A stretch of DNA of 63,990 nt, filler included, from Malassezia furfur (Eukaryota), in assembly GCA_052055015.1 (NCBI GenBank). It is 4 parts of 4 records of this genome, joined end to end, with 100 filler letters (N's around TTAATTAATTAA, not from the genome) between each part and the next. Parts side by side here need not be neighbours in the genome. Positions count along the whole stretch, not along the records: positions 1 to 16,808 come from JBQJIT010000239.1; 3 more parts are not named here. The stretch is one strand, 5' to 3'. The position numbers were made by a program, and so were the translations under genes. Every line of letters begins with the position of its first letter. Positions within the stretch are counted from its first letter, which is position 1. The notes under the pieces are model-generated. The model ran no database searches. It was not told the DNA's origin and was given only the letters and a program-made list of their open reading frames with translations. Positions 1 to 10,260 of the stretch are shown piece after piece.

Positions 1-135
1 TAGAAGCGAAGCACGTGGAAGTCGGCACGTGAGCGAACCCGATGGGGCGTGGCCACCGGCGCTGCCCCGCGCGGACGCACCGCGCACGGCACGCCCAAGA
101 CGCGCGATCGCTCACCGGTGCGCCGCCCACGGACC

Positions 136-1962
136 ATGGCCACAGTCGTGCCGCGCACCAAGAAACGGCGCGTCTCGCCGCATGGCGCGATTGGCGCCGA
201 TCCAAGCTACGGCTTGGCGTCCACTTCGCGCCCCCCCGCAGCGCCGCTGCCCCCGGCCGGCCTGACTAGTGTCCAGGAGGTCATCGACGGCCAGGAGCGC
301 CAGGTGTTTGTGATCAGCGACGACGAGAACGATACTCCGCCCGCAGAGCCGCTGCACAGCGCGGCGGGCACAACGCTCGCCGCCGCCGCACCGCCTGCGG
401 GCGGCAAACGCAAGGCGTCGCTCACGCATGCCGAGGAGGAACACAGCGCACAGAAGCGCCAGCGGCACGAAGCCAATGTCGCGATGCTCGACCAGCTCGC
501 TGCGACGCTGCATGCGCAGGGCGTGCGCGGCGCTGCGCCGCCCGCACCCGCGCAGGACGCCGAGTACGGGTACGTCGGTGTGCCACCGACGCCGCACTAT
601 GGGGTCCCCACGCCGTACTCGCCGCTGTACACCGGGAATGCCTCGGCTGCACACGCCAACAACCTTGCGAGCAGCGTGCTGCACCACGCTGCGCCACCCG
701 TGGCCTCGACGGCGCCCACGACGGCGCCCGCGACGCCCGGCGCACCGCCGTCGCTGGACAATGCGATGCTGATGACACGCGCTTCCAAGAAGCAAGACTA
801 CCTGCCGCCGTACGGGGCGCCGAGTGCGAGCCGCCCGCGGCCCTACTACGAGAAGCAGGGCGCGCCGTGGTACGCCGCGGAGCCCCCGCCGACCGAGGCC
901 GTGGACGACAAGGACGGCCACTTCCTCGTACGCGAGGGCGACCAAATCACGCCGCGCTACCAGATCCGCGGGCTGCTTGGACAGGGCACGTTCGGCAAGG
1001 TGGTCAACTGCTACGACCGCAAGCTGCAGCGCTTTGTCGCGATCAAGGTGATCCGCGCCGTGCAAAAGTACCGCGACGCGAGCCAAATCGAGATCCGTGT
1101 GCTGCAGTGCCTGCGGCAAAACGATCCCACGAACGAGTTCCAATGCGTGCAGCTGCTTGAGACGTTCGACTTCCGCAACCACGTGTGCATCGTGTCGGAC
1201 TTGCTGGACCGCAGCGTGTTCGACTTCCTCAAAGACAACCACTTTGAGCCGTTCCCGTGCCGCAACATTTGGCACTTTGCCAAGCAGCTGTTCAAGAGCG
1301 TGGCATTTTTGCACTCGCTTACGCTGATCCACACAGACCTCAAGCCCGAGAATGTGCTGCTCGTCGACGCCTCGTTCGACGTTGTGCCGACATCGCGCAG
1401 TGCGCACGCGCGCAAGAAGCGCGTGCTCCGCAACGACGATATCCGCCTGATCGACTTTGGCAGCGCGACGTTCAACGACGAGTATCACTCGGGCGTCGTC
1501 TCGACGCGGCACTACCGCGCGCCGGAAATTATCCTAGGGATGGGCTGGTCGTATCCCTGCGACGCGTGGTCGCTGGGGTGTATCCTCGTCGAGTTCTTCA
1601 CCGGCGACGCCCTGTTCCAGACGCACGACAACCTTGAGCACCTCGCCATGATGGAGCGCGTGCTCGGCACGCTCCCGGACGACTACCGCCGCAAGGCCGA
1701 GACGTACAAGCCCGAATACTTCCGCAACGGGCACCTTGACTACCCCAAGCCGGACACGAGCAAGCAGAGTCGGCGGTACGTGCAAAACATGAAGGCGCTG
1801 CAAGACATTGTGGTGCCGCATGCGTCGTACGCCAAGCACAACCAGCGCTTCGTCTCGCTGCTCCGCCGGTTACTCGAGTTCGATCCCAACAAGCGGATCA
1901 CCATGCAAGAGGCACTGCACCATCCCTATTTCGATTTGCTGCCCCACGAAATCCCGCCCTGA
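136..1962 (+). CDS. LKH1: LAMMER/CLK family dual-specificity protein kinase (Lkh1/Kns1-like)
   Basis: GQGTFG, HTDLKPEN, DFGSA and the EHLAMMERVLG signature; first in-frame ATG at 136. Confidence 0.93.
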   Translation: MATVVPRTKKRRVSPHGAIGADPSYGLASTSRPPAAPLPPAGLTSVQEVIDGQERQVFVISDDENDTPPAEPLHSAAGTTLAAAAPPAGGKRKASLTHAEEEHSAQKRQRHEANVAMLDQLAATLHAQGVRGAAPPAPAQDAEYGYVGVPPTPHYGVPTPYSPLYTGNASAAHANNLASSVLHHAAPPVASTAPTTAPATPGAPPSLDNAMLMTRASKKQDYLPPYGAPSASRPRPYYEKQGAPWYAAEPPPTEAVDDKDGHFLVREGDQITPRYQIRGLLGQGTFGKVVNCYDRKLQRFVAIKVIRAVQKYRDASQIEIRVLQCLRQNDPTNEFQCVQLLETFDFRNHVCIVSDLLDRSVFDFLKDNHFEPFPCRNIWHFAKQLFKSVAFLHSLTLIHTDLKPENVLLVDASFDVVPTSRSAHARKKRVLRNDDIRLIDFGSATFNDEYHSGVVSTRHYRAPEIILGMGWSYPCDAWSLGCILVEFFTGDALFQTHDNLEHLAMMERVLGTLPDDYRRKAETYKPEYFRNGHLDYPKPDTSKQSRRYVQNMKALQDIVVPHASYAKHNQRFVSLLRRLLEFDPNKRITMQEALHHPYFDLLPHEIPP

Positions 1963-2114
1963 TTCGGCCGCACCACGCGCCACGTCGCGGGCGAGGGGGG
2001 CGGGAGCATAGATACCATGTACTCTACCAGTGCTTTTTTTGTTGGCCTCGCTCTACAAGACGCGCACAAGGATGGACCGCACAATCGACCAGCTATCGAG
2101 CTACGACGAGACGC

Positions 2115-2651
<537 letters not shown>

Positions 2652-2764
2652 CTACGCACTGCTGGGCCAAGCAAGTAAAGAAGCAAGCCGTGGCGCCCCT
2701 CGCCCACTTAATATGGGCCGCCGTGGGAAAAAAAGAAAAAAGTCACGTGCATTATAGATCGGGC

Positions 2765-3331
2765 CTATGACCGCATCGGGCTGCGGCTGCGGGCGCGCTC
2801 GACGCGACGGCGCGCGTGCGGCGCGGCGCCACGCGGCGGCTGCACAAAGGCATAATCCGCACTCAGCGGCTGCTCCAGCAGCGTGAGGCCCGCCTTGCAC
2901 GCCTCAATCGCCTTGTGCGCCTCGCTTTGTGTCTCGTATTGTAGCAGCGCATAGCCTTTAACGTAGCCAGTGCGCCGGTCGAGGTTCAGATGCAGGTCCT
3001 TCACCTTGCCGTATTCCAGAAACAGGTCCAGCACGTCATCCTCGGTCGCCTCTTCGTGCACATTCGTCACCATGACGATCCAGCCCTCGACGGCTGTGTC
3101 AGCTAAGACACGTACATCGCGCCGCGCGCTCCTCGGTATCGTCCACTGACGTGTCGAGCCGCTCAAACGCGCCCGATTTCACCCCATCGAGGTCCTCGGA
3201 GGCGCCAGGGACAAAGCCGCGCCCGCGCCGCCGCACACTAGGGTCTGGAGGGTGAGTTGTGCGTGCATACCGTCGTCGAGATCCATCTCTGCGTCGCCAT
3301 CGCCCGCATACCGCTCGGCCCGCTCGCTCAT
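2765..3331 (-). CDS. RBM8A: RNA-binding protein 8A / Y14 (exon junction complex), 2 short introns
   Basis: RRGRGF and [19 protein letters not shown]...[14 protein letters not shown]; spliced from ATG 3331 through GTATGC..CAG and GTACGT..CAG introns. Confidence 0.92.
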
Positions 3332-3382
3332 CGTCGCCCAGAAGCGTCACGGTGCAAGTCACGTGGTCCGCGTCGTTCCAGC

Positions 3383-5839
3383 ATGACGGACGCACCGAGC
3401 GCGGCCGTCGAGCCCGTGCCGCAAGCGCTCGACACGCACCTACCGCAGCTACTGGCGGTGGCCCACGCACACCCTGACGATGCAATTGCGAGTGTCGCGC
3501 GCGAAGCGCAACCGCTCTGCGACGCTGTCCAGTCCGCACGCGACGCACTCCGCGCCGCCAAGGAACGCGACGGCGGCGCTGCGAGCCTGTACGAGGAGGT
3601 GTTGGCCCAGACCGTGCACGCCAAGGTGCTCACCTTTGCGCTCCAAGGCACGATGCAGGACGTCGCGGGGCGCCTCGACGTCGCGTTTGCGCTACAGCGC
3701 CTCGGCATCACTGACGCATCGCTGCCGGCCGCGGCGCTGGAGGAGTGGATGGAGCGCTCGACCATCCCCGCCTGCACCCAACTGTTTGCTTACATGCAGT
3801 CGCGCGCGGGGCCGCTGACGGAGGGCATGGTCGCAAATGCGGGCAAGGGCCTCGTGGTGCTGCGCCTGTGCAACGAGCTGCTCCGCCGCCTGTCCAAATC
3901 GCACAGTCCCCACACGGTGCTCGCCGGCCAGATCCTCACCTTCCTCTCCACGCACTTCCCCATCAATGAGCGCAGCGGCGTCAACCTAAAAGGTGAATTC
4001 CACGTTGAGAACGAGACGCCCATTGAGACCATCGACGCGCCCGATGCCGCGTCGGACGACGCGCCGCGCTCGGCGGAGGCCCACGCTGCGGACCCGCACT
4101 TTTATACCCTATTTTGGAGCCTGCAGTCCTTCTTTTCCAACCCAGCCCGCCTGTTTGAAGAGGGTGAGCATGTTGTGGTGCCTGGCGCGGAGTCGGCCGT
4201 TGCGATGCACCTCTGTGAGGCTACCGATGCGCCGATGCGTATCTTCCAAGCGGTGGCCGACTGCGTTTTGCCCGTGCTGCAAAAGTACAACCGCGCGGAT
4301 CCGCACCCTGCGAAGCGTGCGCGCATCGATGCAGATGCCGCGACCTTCTTCCCGAAATACCTCACCGGCAAGACCATGCTGGACTACGAGCTGAGCGACG
4401 CACAGTTCCGGCGGCACATCCTCACCCAGTTCCTCATCCTTTTCCAGTTCTTGCTGGGCTGCTCCCAGACGAGCCGCGAACGCACTACATCGTGGACGAA
4501 TAAGCTGCTCATCCCCCCGTTCACGCTCGCCGAGGCGGACGAAAAGTGGACGCGGCGCGCGTGGCGGCATGTACAGACGCAGCTGCGCGACACCGGCAGT
4601 GATGGGCGCGAGTACCTGTCGCTGCTGCTCCCCGTGCTGCGCCGCGAGAGCACCTGGATCCAGTGGAAGGCGGCAAGTGCGCCGACGCTCGAAAAGACGC
4701 CAAGCGACTGTCTCGATGCGCGCGCGGCGGCCGAGAAGGAACACGCCGCATTTCAAGCGCGCCTGGCGCAGTACCCGTACGCGCTTGGGACGCCTGCGCT
4801 CAGCATGCTATGGGAGGACGGCTTCCAACCCACGGCGCCTTCGGAGGTGCAAGTGCACGACGAGGAAGGCAACGTCAAGACGCTTGCGACCGACGGACTC
4901 GAGGACCTCGAGATGCCGCCCGTCCCGCCGTCGCTTGTGTCGCTCAGTCGGTCGATGCACATGGAGGAGCAGCGCGCCAAGCAACGCCGCGCCGCGGTCG
5001 GCGACGACGCGCAGGACGAGACGCTGATGCGCATCCAAAACACGCAGCAGAGTTTGGTATGGCGTGCGCTACGGAGCATCGATGCGTCTCAGCTGCGCTT
5101 GCTGGCGTGCATGGAGGGCATTGACGATATCCCTGGCCTGCTCAAGGCGATCCAGGCCGAGAAGCAGGGCGATGCCTACGAGGCGCCGATGCTGCGCGAG
5201 GCCGACGAGGAGCAGGATAAGACGCAGCGTGATGCCGAGGCCAAGGAGCAGGAGCGGCTCGAGGAAGAGAAGCGTGCACAGGAGGAGCGCGAAGCCAAGG
5301 CGCGCGCCGAGAAGCGCGCCGAGGAGAAACGCGCCGAGGAGAAGCGCGCCGAGGAGAAGCGCGCCGAGGAGAAGCGCGCCGAGGAGAAGCGCGCCGAGAA
5401 GAAGCGCGCTGAAGAAAAGCGCGCCGAGGAACAGGTCAACGCCGAGCGCGCCGAGAAGGAGCGGCAGCAGGCTGAGCAGGCCGAGATGCAAGTCGACGCG
5501 GCCACCGAGCAGCCAGCCTCGCAAGACGAAGCGCCTGACGAGCATGCAGAGCCGGAGCAGGACGAATCCGGTGCAGACGCCGTGCCGTCGCACACCGCCT
5601 CGCCTGGCATCAATGGCGAGCACGACACAGACGACGAGGCTGGGTACCCGTCGCAGATGCAGGTCGATGTGCCCGACTCCTCGTCGGTGCACACCGCAGA
5701 CGAGTTTGATCAGCGCTCGGCAGGCGCGACGCCCGACGTCGATGCAGACGCAACATTCATGACGGCGCCGCGCGCGGGGCCGTCGAGCGGTGAATCGTCG
5801 CGTGAGTCGACACCGGTGCCGCTGCGGTCGGACGACTAG
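3383..5839 (+). CDS. THOC1: THO complex subunit 1 (Thoc1/Hpr1)
   Basis: GKGLVVLRLCNELLRRLSK, FPINERSGVNLKGEF, FFPKYLT, FRRHILTQFLI and WIQWK motifs. Confidence 0.9.
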   Translation: MTDAPSAAVEPVPQALDTHLPQLLAVAHAHPDDAIASVAREAQPLCDAVQSARDALRAAKERDGGAASLYEEVLAQTVHAKVLTFALQGTMQDVAGRLDVAFALQRLGITDASLPAAALEEWMERSTIPACTQLFAYMQSRAGPLTEGMVANAGKGLVVLRLCNELLRRLSKSHSPHTVLAGQILTFLSTHFPINERSGVNLKGEFHVENETPIETIDAPDAASDDAPRSAEAHAADPHFYTLFWSLQSFFSNPARLFEEGEHVVVPGAESAVAMHLCEATDAPMRIFQAVADCVLPVLQKYNRADPHPAKRARIDADAATFFPKYLTGKTMLDYELSDAQFRRHILTQFLILFQFLLGCSQTSRERTTSWTNKLLIPPFTLAEADEKWTRRAWRHVQTQLRDTGSDGREYLSLLLPVLRRESTWIQWKAASAPTLEKTPSDCLDARAAAEKEHAAFQARLAQYPYALGTPALSMLWEDGFQPTAPSEVQVHDEEGNVKTLATDGLEDLEMPPVPPSLVSLSRSMHMEEQRAKQRRAAVGDDAQDETLMRIQNTQQSLVWRALRSIDASQLRLLACMEGIDDIPGLLKAIQAEKQGDAYEAPMLREADEEQDKTQRDAEAKEQERLEEEKRAQEEREAKARAEKRAEEKRAEEKRAEEKRAEEKRAEEKRAEKKRAEEKRAEEQVNAERAEKERQQAEQAEMQVDAATEQPASQDEAPDEHAEPEQDESGADAVPSHTASPGINGEHDTDDEAGYPSQMQVDVPDSSSVHTADEFDQRSAGATPDVDADATFMTAPRAGPSSGESSRESTPVPLRSDD
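5303..5430 (+). repeat. Coding 15-bp tandem repeat (GAGGAGAAGCGCGCC) encoding (EEKRA)n, about 8 copies
   Basis: Directly visible tandem array inside THOC1. Confidence 0.95.
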
Positions 5840-5844
5840 GTAGG

Positions 5845-7368
5845 CTAGGTACGTGAACGCTTGCGGGGCGTGTCCTCCAAGACGCCTCGTAAGGTTTGTA
5901 GTAGTGCGTCTGCATCGGGCACACGGTCGTGGGGCACAGCGTCGCGCGCGCGCTTCGCCTTGGCGGTCAGCTGTCCCTCGGCGTCGCACTCGTGCATCGT
6001 GTCGAGTTCGCGTTCGAGCCGCTTGACGAGCTGGGAAATCCCTTGCCGAATGCGCGGCGCGATGGCCTCGGTATGCAGCCGCGTCTCCCAGCCTGCTGCA
6101 ACGTACCATGCGAGCCGCATTAGGTGCGGAAACCGAAACTTGCGCGGCACCCGCGTCGCGATCTCCATCTCCTCCAAGCGCCAGTGCATCTGCACGTTAA
6201 AGTCCGACAAGAAATTCCCACCAATGACCAGCGTATCCTGCGGCGTGTGCACAGCATGAATCCACCCCGCGGGGATGAGCATCGTCTCGCCTGTCTTGAT
6301 TTCAACGCGCGAGAGCTGCTGCAGCGCATCGCCGAGCCACTCCGACGCTTGCCGCGCCGACGACGTCCACGCGCGGTAGGCGGCCAGGTTGGCAGGCGTA
6401 GGTGGCGCAAACAAAAATACCTTGCGGCCCCAAACCACATGGTAGTACACGTAGCTTGCCGCAAAATCGATATGGAAATCGGTAAAGGCTCCCTGCACGC
6501 CCATCAGCACGTAGCGCTGCACCTTGGGCCATTTGCTCGCGTCGTCGGCCGCCGGACGCTTGTCACGCGGCCAGTCGCGCTCGACCCAGTCGCTCTCGAC
6601 AACCATCGCCGGGGCAGCCACCATGGACTCCATGGGCGTGCCCGTGACCTCGAGACTGATGACGTTAAGCACCTTTTCACGCTCGGCAGCAGGCGTCTCA
6701 AAATAGGTCGCCCAGTCGTCCAGCGTCCAGGCAGACGACGACATTTGCGTCTGCACGTCAATAACTTCCACGTTCGTTTCGGGGCCTACAAGCCGCGCAA
6801 CGTCGCGGATCGTGGTTGTCTTTGGCGGCACACGCATGCCTTCGATCCGCATTTCTCCGTCGTCCGACGCAGGCACCAGCGTCGGTGCATCTAGCGCATG
6901 CTCGTCCGAGACAAGCCAATCCCTCGTCCAGGTCGCAGAGGGTACATGCCTTGCAACGCTGGGGAGCGTTTGGCAGTGCGCCATGTACTGCGCCCAGCGC
7001 CCTAGGGGATCGGGCGGACGTCCTTCCTGGATAGCCGCATAGTTCGTCGAGGGCCGCTCGCGTGCCGACCGCCGCCGCGGCGCGCGCATGGTGTGCGTAA
7101 ATCCCTCCGCCTGGCAAGCTTCACAGCACCACTTGGCATAGTTCTCGACATCGTCTAGACCCAGGCACGCGGTATGAAACCACGACCCGCATCGGAAGCA
7201 CGCGACCCACAAGCTCTTGTCGAGGTCGTCATGGGCCGTGCATTTTGGGCACCGTTCTTCGTCTTCGTGCGCGGGTTCCGGACTCGACTCCTTCTTGGAC
7301 ACAAAGGGCGTAGTAGGTGAAGTGACCCCCTCTTTCGCGTCTTGTTGCCCCACACAGGGCGCGTGCAT
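5845..7368 (-). CDS. JHD1: PHD + JmjC histone demethylase (Jhd1/KDM2-like)
   Basis: PHD finger (CPKC...WVACFRCGSWFHTAC), FTDFHIDF and IPAGWIHAVHTP; start codon uncertain. Confidence 0.88.
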   Translation of the reverse strand: MHAPCVGQQDAKEGVTSPTTPFVSKKESSPEPAHEDEERCPKCTAHDDLDKSLWVACFRCGSWFHTACLGLDDVENYAKWCCEACQAEGFTHTMRAPRRRSARERPSTNYAAIQEGRPPDPLGRWAQYMAHCQTLPSVARHVPSATWTRDWLVSDEHALDAPTLVPASDDGEMRIEGMRVPPKTTTIRDVARLVGPETNVEVIDVQTQMSSSAWTLDDWATYFETPAAEREKVLNVISLEVTGTPMESMVAAPAMVVESDWVERDWPRDKRPAADDASKWPKVQRYVLMGVQGAFTDFHIDFAASYVYYHVVWGRKVFLFAPPTPANLAAYRAWTSSARQASEWLGDALQQLSRVEIKTGETMLIPAGWIHAVHTPQDTLVIGGNFLSDFNVQMHWRLEEMEIATRVPRKFRFPHLMRLAWYVAAGWETRLHTEAIAPRIRQGISQLVKRLERELDTMHECDAEGQLTAKAKRARDAVPHDRVPDADALLQTLRGVLEDTPRKRSRT

Positions 7369-7404
7369 GAATGGACCGTTCGCAGATCGATTTCCTCCAC
7401 ACCG

Positions 7405-8704
7405 ATGTCGTCCAAGAAATGGGACGAAGAGCTCGGCGCGTTGCTCGGGCTGGGTACGTTATCCACTAATGCCAGATGCGCAGAGCATTAGTGAACAAGT
7501 GCTGCCGTACCTCTCCACGCACACAACGCCTACAGCGCTCCGTCTGTACCTGCAGGATCTGATCGGAACGTCGCCCAAGGCCAAAACCCTCACGGAGCAG
7601 TTTGTCGCCGACCGATTTCCGTCGCAGGGCTCCGCGTCGGCTCCACCTGCACCCAAGCAGCCTCAGACACAGAAGCCAGCTGCTGTATCTTCGCAAGCGG
7701 CGAATGTCGAGTCGCCACGCAAAGTGGCGGCCAAACCGGTTCGCCTGACCCCCAGCAATGTGACTGCTGCACTCGCCGCAACCGAGACAACGGCACCGCG
7801 CACCTTGCCGCCGACGCAGGAGATGAAGGAGCTAGATACCGCATTTTCAATGCTTTCAATGGAGCCGTCGTCCTCGGAAGCAAGCGCGTTTGCACCTCCG
7901 ATCCGACGGCTGTGTCTGTGCCAGGGCGCTAAGCACCCGCTGGCCGAACACATGCCACTGTGCATGGCATGCGGCCTAATTCTATGTTCTGCACTTCGAC
8001 CGGTGCCTGTATCGCCCTACTCGGCATGCCCATCGTGCAATGCCCAGCCCATTGTCCCACCCCATACCCGCACGCAGCTGCTCAACCAGCTGCTCGAAAA
8101 GCGCGAGCAGCTCGTACAGGAACAGCAAGAACAAGAGGCCGAACGCAAAGCCGAACTCGCGCGCAATCGATACGCCGAGACGCCGTTCCCAACATTGCAA
8201 GGAACGCCTGCACCTACTGAGCCCGCGACGACGGCGAAACGCAACCGCGTGCTGCACCTCGACATGAAGACGCACAAAGTCACTGTGACGCGCCGCAAAG
8301 AGAAGCCCACGGCGGCGCCGAAAAAGACCCCCGAGCCGTCCATCTCGAGGGAAATGGCGACGACTGCTGAGGACGGTTCAGCGCTGGTCCACAACTATGA
8401 AGACATTGGATTCCGCCAACGTCATCCTGAAAAGGGGGCTCTGTATGAGCGCGCCGCTGAGCAGCATCGTGCCATGTCGACTTTGCCCCCTATGTCCTAT
8501 GTACCGGTCGAGAAGCGCGCCGCGCCGCTGGAGCCCGTGTGTTCCGAGGTGGACACCGAGGTGCCGGACCTGGACCTGCTCATTCAGGCCCGGCCGCCTG
8601 GCAGCTCTGCCGACGTCCAGCGGCGCAATAAGAACGCGGCCATTTCGGCCGGTGTCGCGCGTGCGCAGGGCCGCAAGACCGGCAAGCCTTCCAAGAAGCG
8701 GTAG
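7405..8704 (+). CDS. zf-C2HC5 protein (Rqt4/TRIP4/ASC-1-like), 22-nt intron 7454-7475
   Basis: CLCQGAKHPL...CMACGLILC...CPSC zinc finger; exon 1 MSSKKWDEELGALLGL joins in frame. Confidence 0.75.
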
Positions 8705-8797
8705 CCCATAGTCACGTGCACACCCGCACGGAGCAGGGCGAGACGGTCCGCGGCTCGTCGGCACCGACTTGTCGCGTCGGACTACGTGGATACCAGA

Positions 8798-9374
8798 ATG
8801 GGCGCAACTTCCTCGAAGCACGAAAGTACGTCGCTTGCGACGGAGCCCGTGGATAAGATGGAGGTACGTACATACTTCGCGCTGACCTACAGCTGGGCAA
8901 CGCCCTGGCCCGGAAACTCAAGGTGACTCCCGACGCATCGGCACCTGCCCCGGACGCGAAGCGCCAGGAGGTGATCGACTCGTCCATCCAGGAAAAGATC
9001 CATGCCGAGCTGAGCAAGCTCCGCAAGCAGGAGCAGGACATGCAGAAGAAAATTGAGCTTGCCCTCGAGAAGGAGAACATCGAGCGCCAGGGCAAGCCGT
9101 GGTTCGGCAAGGACAAGGGGCAGAGCAGCGAGCTTCTGCAGCAGGAGCTCAACCGTGTCAAGGAGCAAATCGAAAAGTTCAACAAGCGCAGCATCGACTC
9201 GTTCCCTGCGCTGAAGAAGGCGCGCGAGGATATCATTCAGTGCTACCGGTACGTTGACGTTATTCTGACCCTAGCAACGACACGAAGCGGACGCTGGACT
9301 GCTGGCGCGAGGTTGATGCCTTTAAAAAGGCCATCGCCGATGCGGAAAAGGAGCTCTTTGCCGCGTGGAAGTAA
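8798..9374 (+). CDS. MIC19: MICOS subunit Mic19 (DUF1690), 2 introns
   Basis: MGATSSK myristoylation-type start, coiled coil, C-terminal IIQCYR-NDTKRTLDCWREVDAFK after splicing. Confidence 0.85.
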
Positions 9375-9375
9375 T

Positions 9376-9871
9376 GGCGGTAGTAGGACCTTCGTTTTTG
9401 CCAATTGCATGCACGCAGCGATGCCAGGAGCGATCTGTCTGTCCAGAGGAGTAAGAATGGTACGGCGTGTGTGTACGTGTCTGCGCAAGGGACGGCTGCA
9501 TCGCGCAAGCGTCCGCAGCGTTTCGCGTGAAGAGGGTATCCAGTCTGTTGTTGATGACGACAGACTGGACGAACGGGGTCGTGGGCATGGTACATACCGT
9601 ATGCTCCCCTCATTTCCCCGGCTCCACTCCATTCTCTGGGCATTCTGGTCGTGTATAGGTGCCGTTTAGCAAAGCCATCATTGTCGTTCTTGTGTGCGAT
9701 AGAGAAGTGCATGTACTTGAGCTGCCATCGGAGGGCGGACGTAGTGTGAGTCCATGGCTTATACGTGTCCTTGTTCTAGAAAATCTATGGCGATGGAGTG
9801 CACGAGGAGTAGCGAGAGACTAAAATGAAGGACTGTTGAGAACATAGGGATTGCGATTTCATGCTACCGCC
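9376..9871 (+). ncRNA. Candidate structured non-coding RNA of unknown class (~500 nt)
   Basis: Nested long-range helices 9376-85/9862-71 and 9389-98/9822-31; rod 9443-85/9580-9639; 13-bp hairpin 9539-9569; GCAA tetraloop at 9505-08; many G-U pairs that work only on the + strand; no credible ORF. Confidence 0.55.
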
Positions 9872-10260
9872 GTCGGCACGGCCGTCGGAGTGATGGAGGA
9901 CGCCCAGCGTCACTTTGTCCTACCGCCTCTTTTTCGGCCATATCTTAGAAATGTCGTACGAGGCAGCTGCGCACGACGACCTCGTTCAGGGCCATGCTCC
10001 TCCTGCCTTCCTCTGTCCCCGCAACGACGCACCTCCACGAACGACACGGCGCGCGCGGCGCGCGGCCGGTCCTAAGTGGAGCTCCGGCTGACTCCGGAAG
10101 CAGCTGCAAGCGATAGGCTAATGCATTCACGTTGATTGGCCGGCGTAAACCGGAGCGAAATTCCCAAACCCCCATAGCCCACGCGCGGCCGCCAGGTTTT
10201 TACCCTTGGAACGACACGTCCAGGTCAGGTTCCACGGCTTCTTTCCGGTCGCTACCTACC

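Noticed and set aside
5303..5430. 15-bp tandem array as a CRISPR-like or mobile repeat
   Set aside because: No spacers; in-frame EEKRA charged-helix repeat within THOC1
9243..9712. Short ORFs between MIC19 and SDH1
   Set aside because: No splice combination I tried gave a convincing protein; base-pairing dominates
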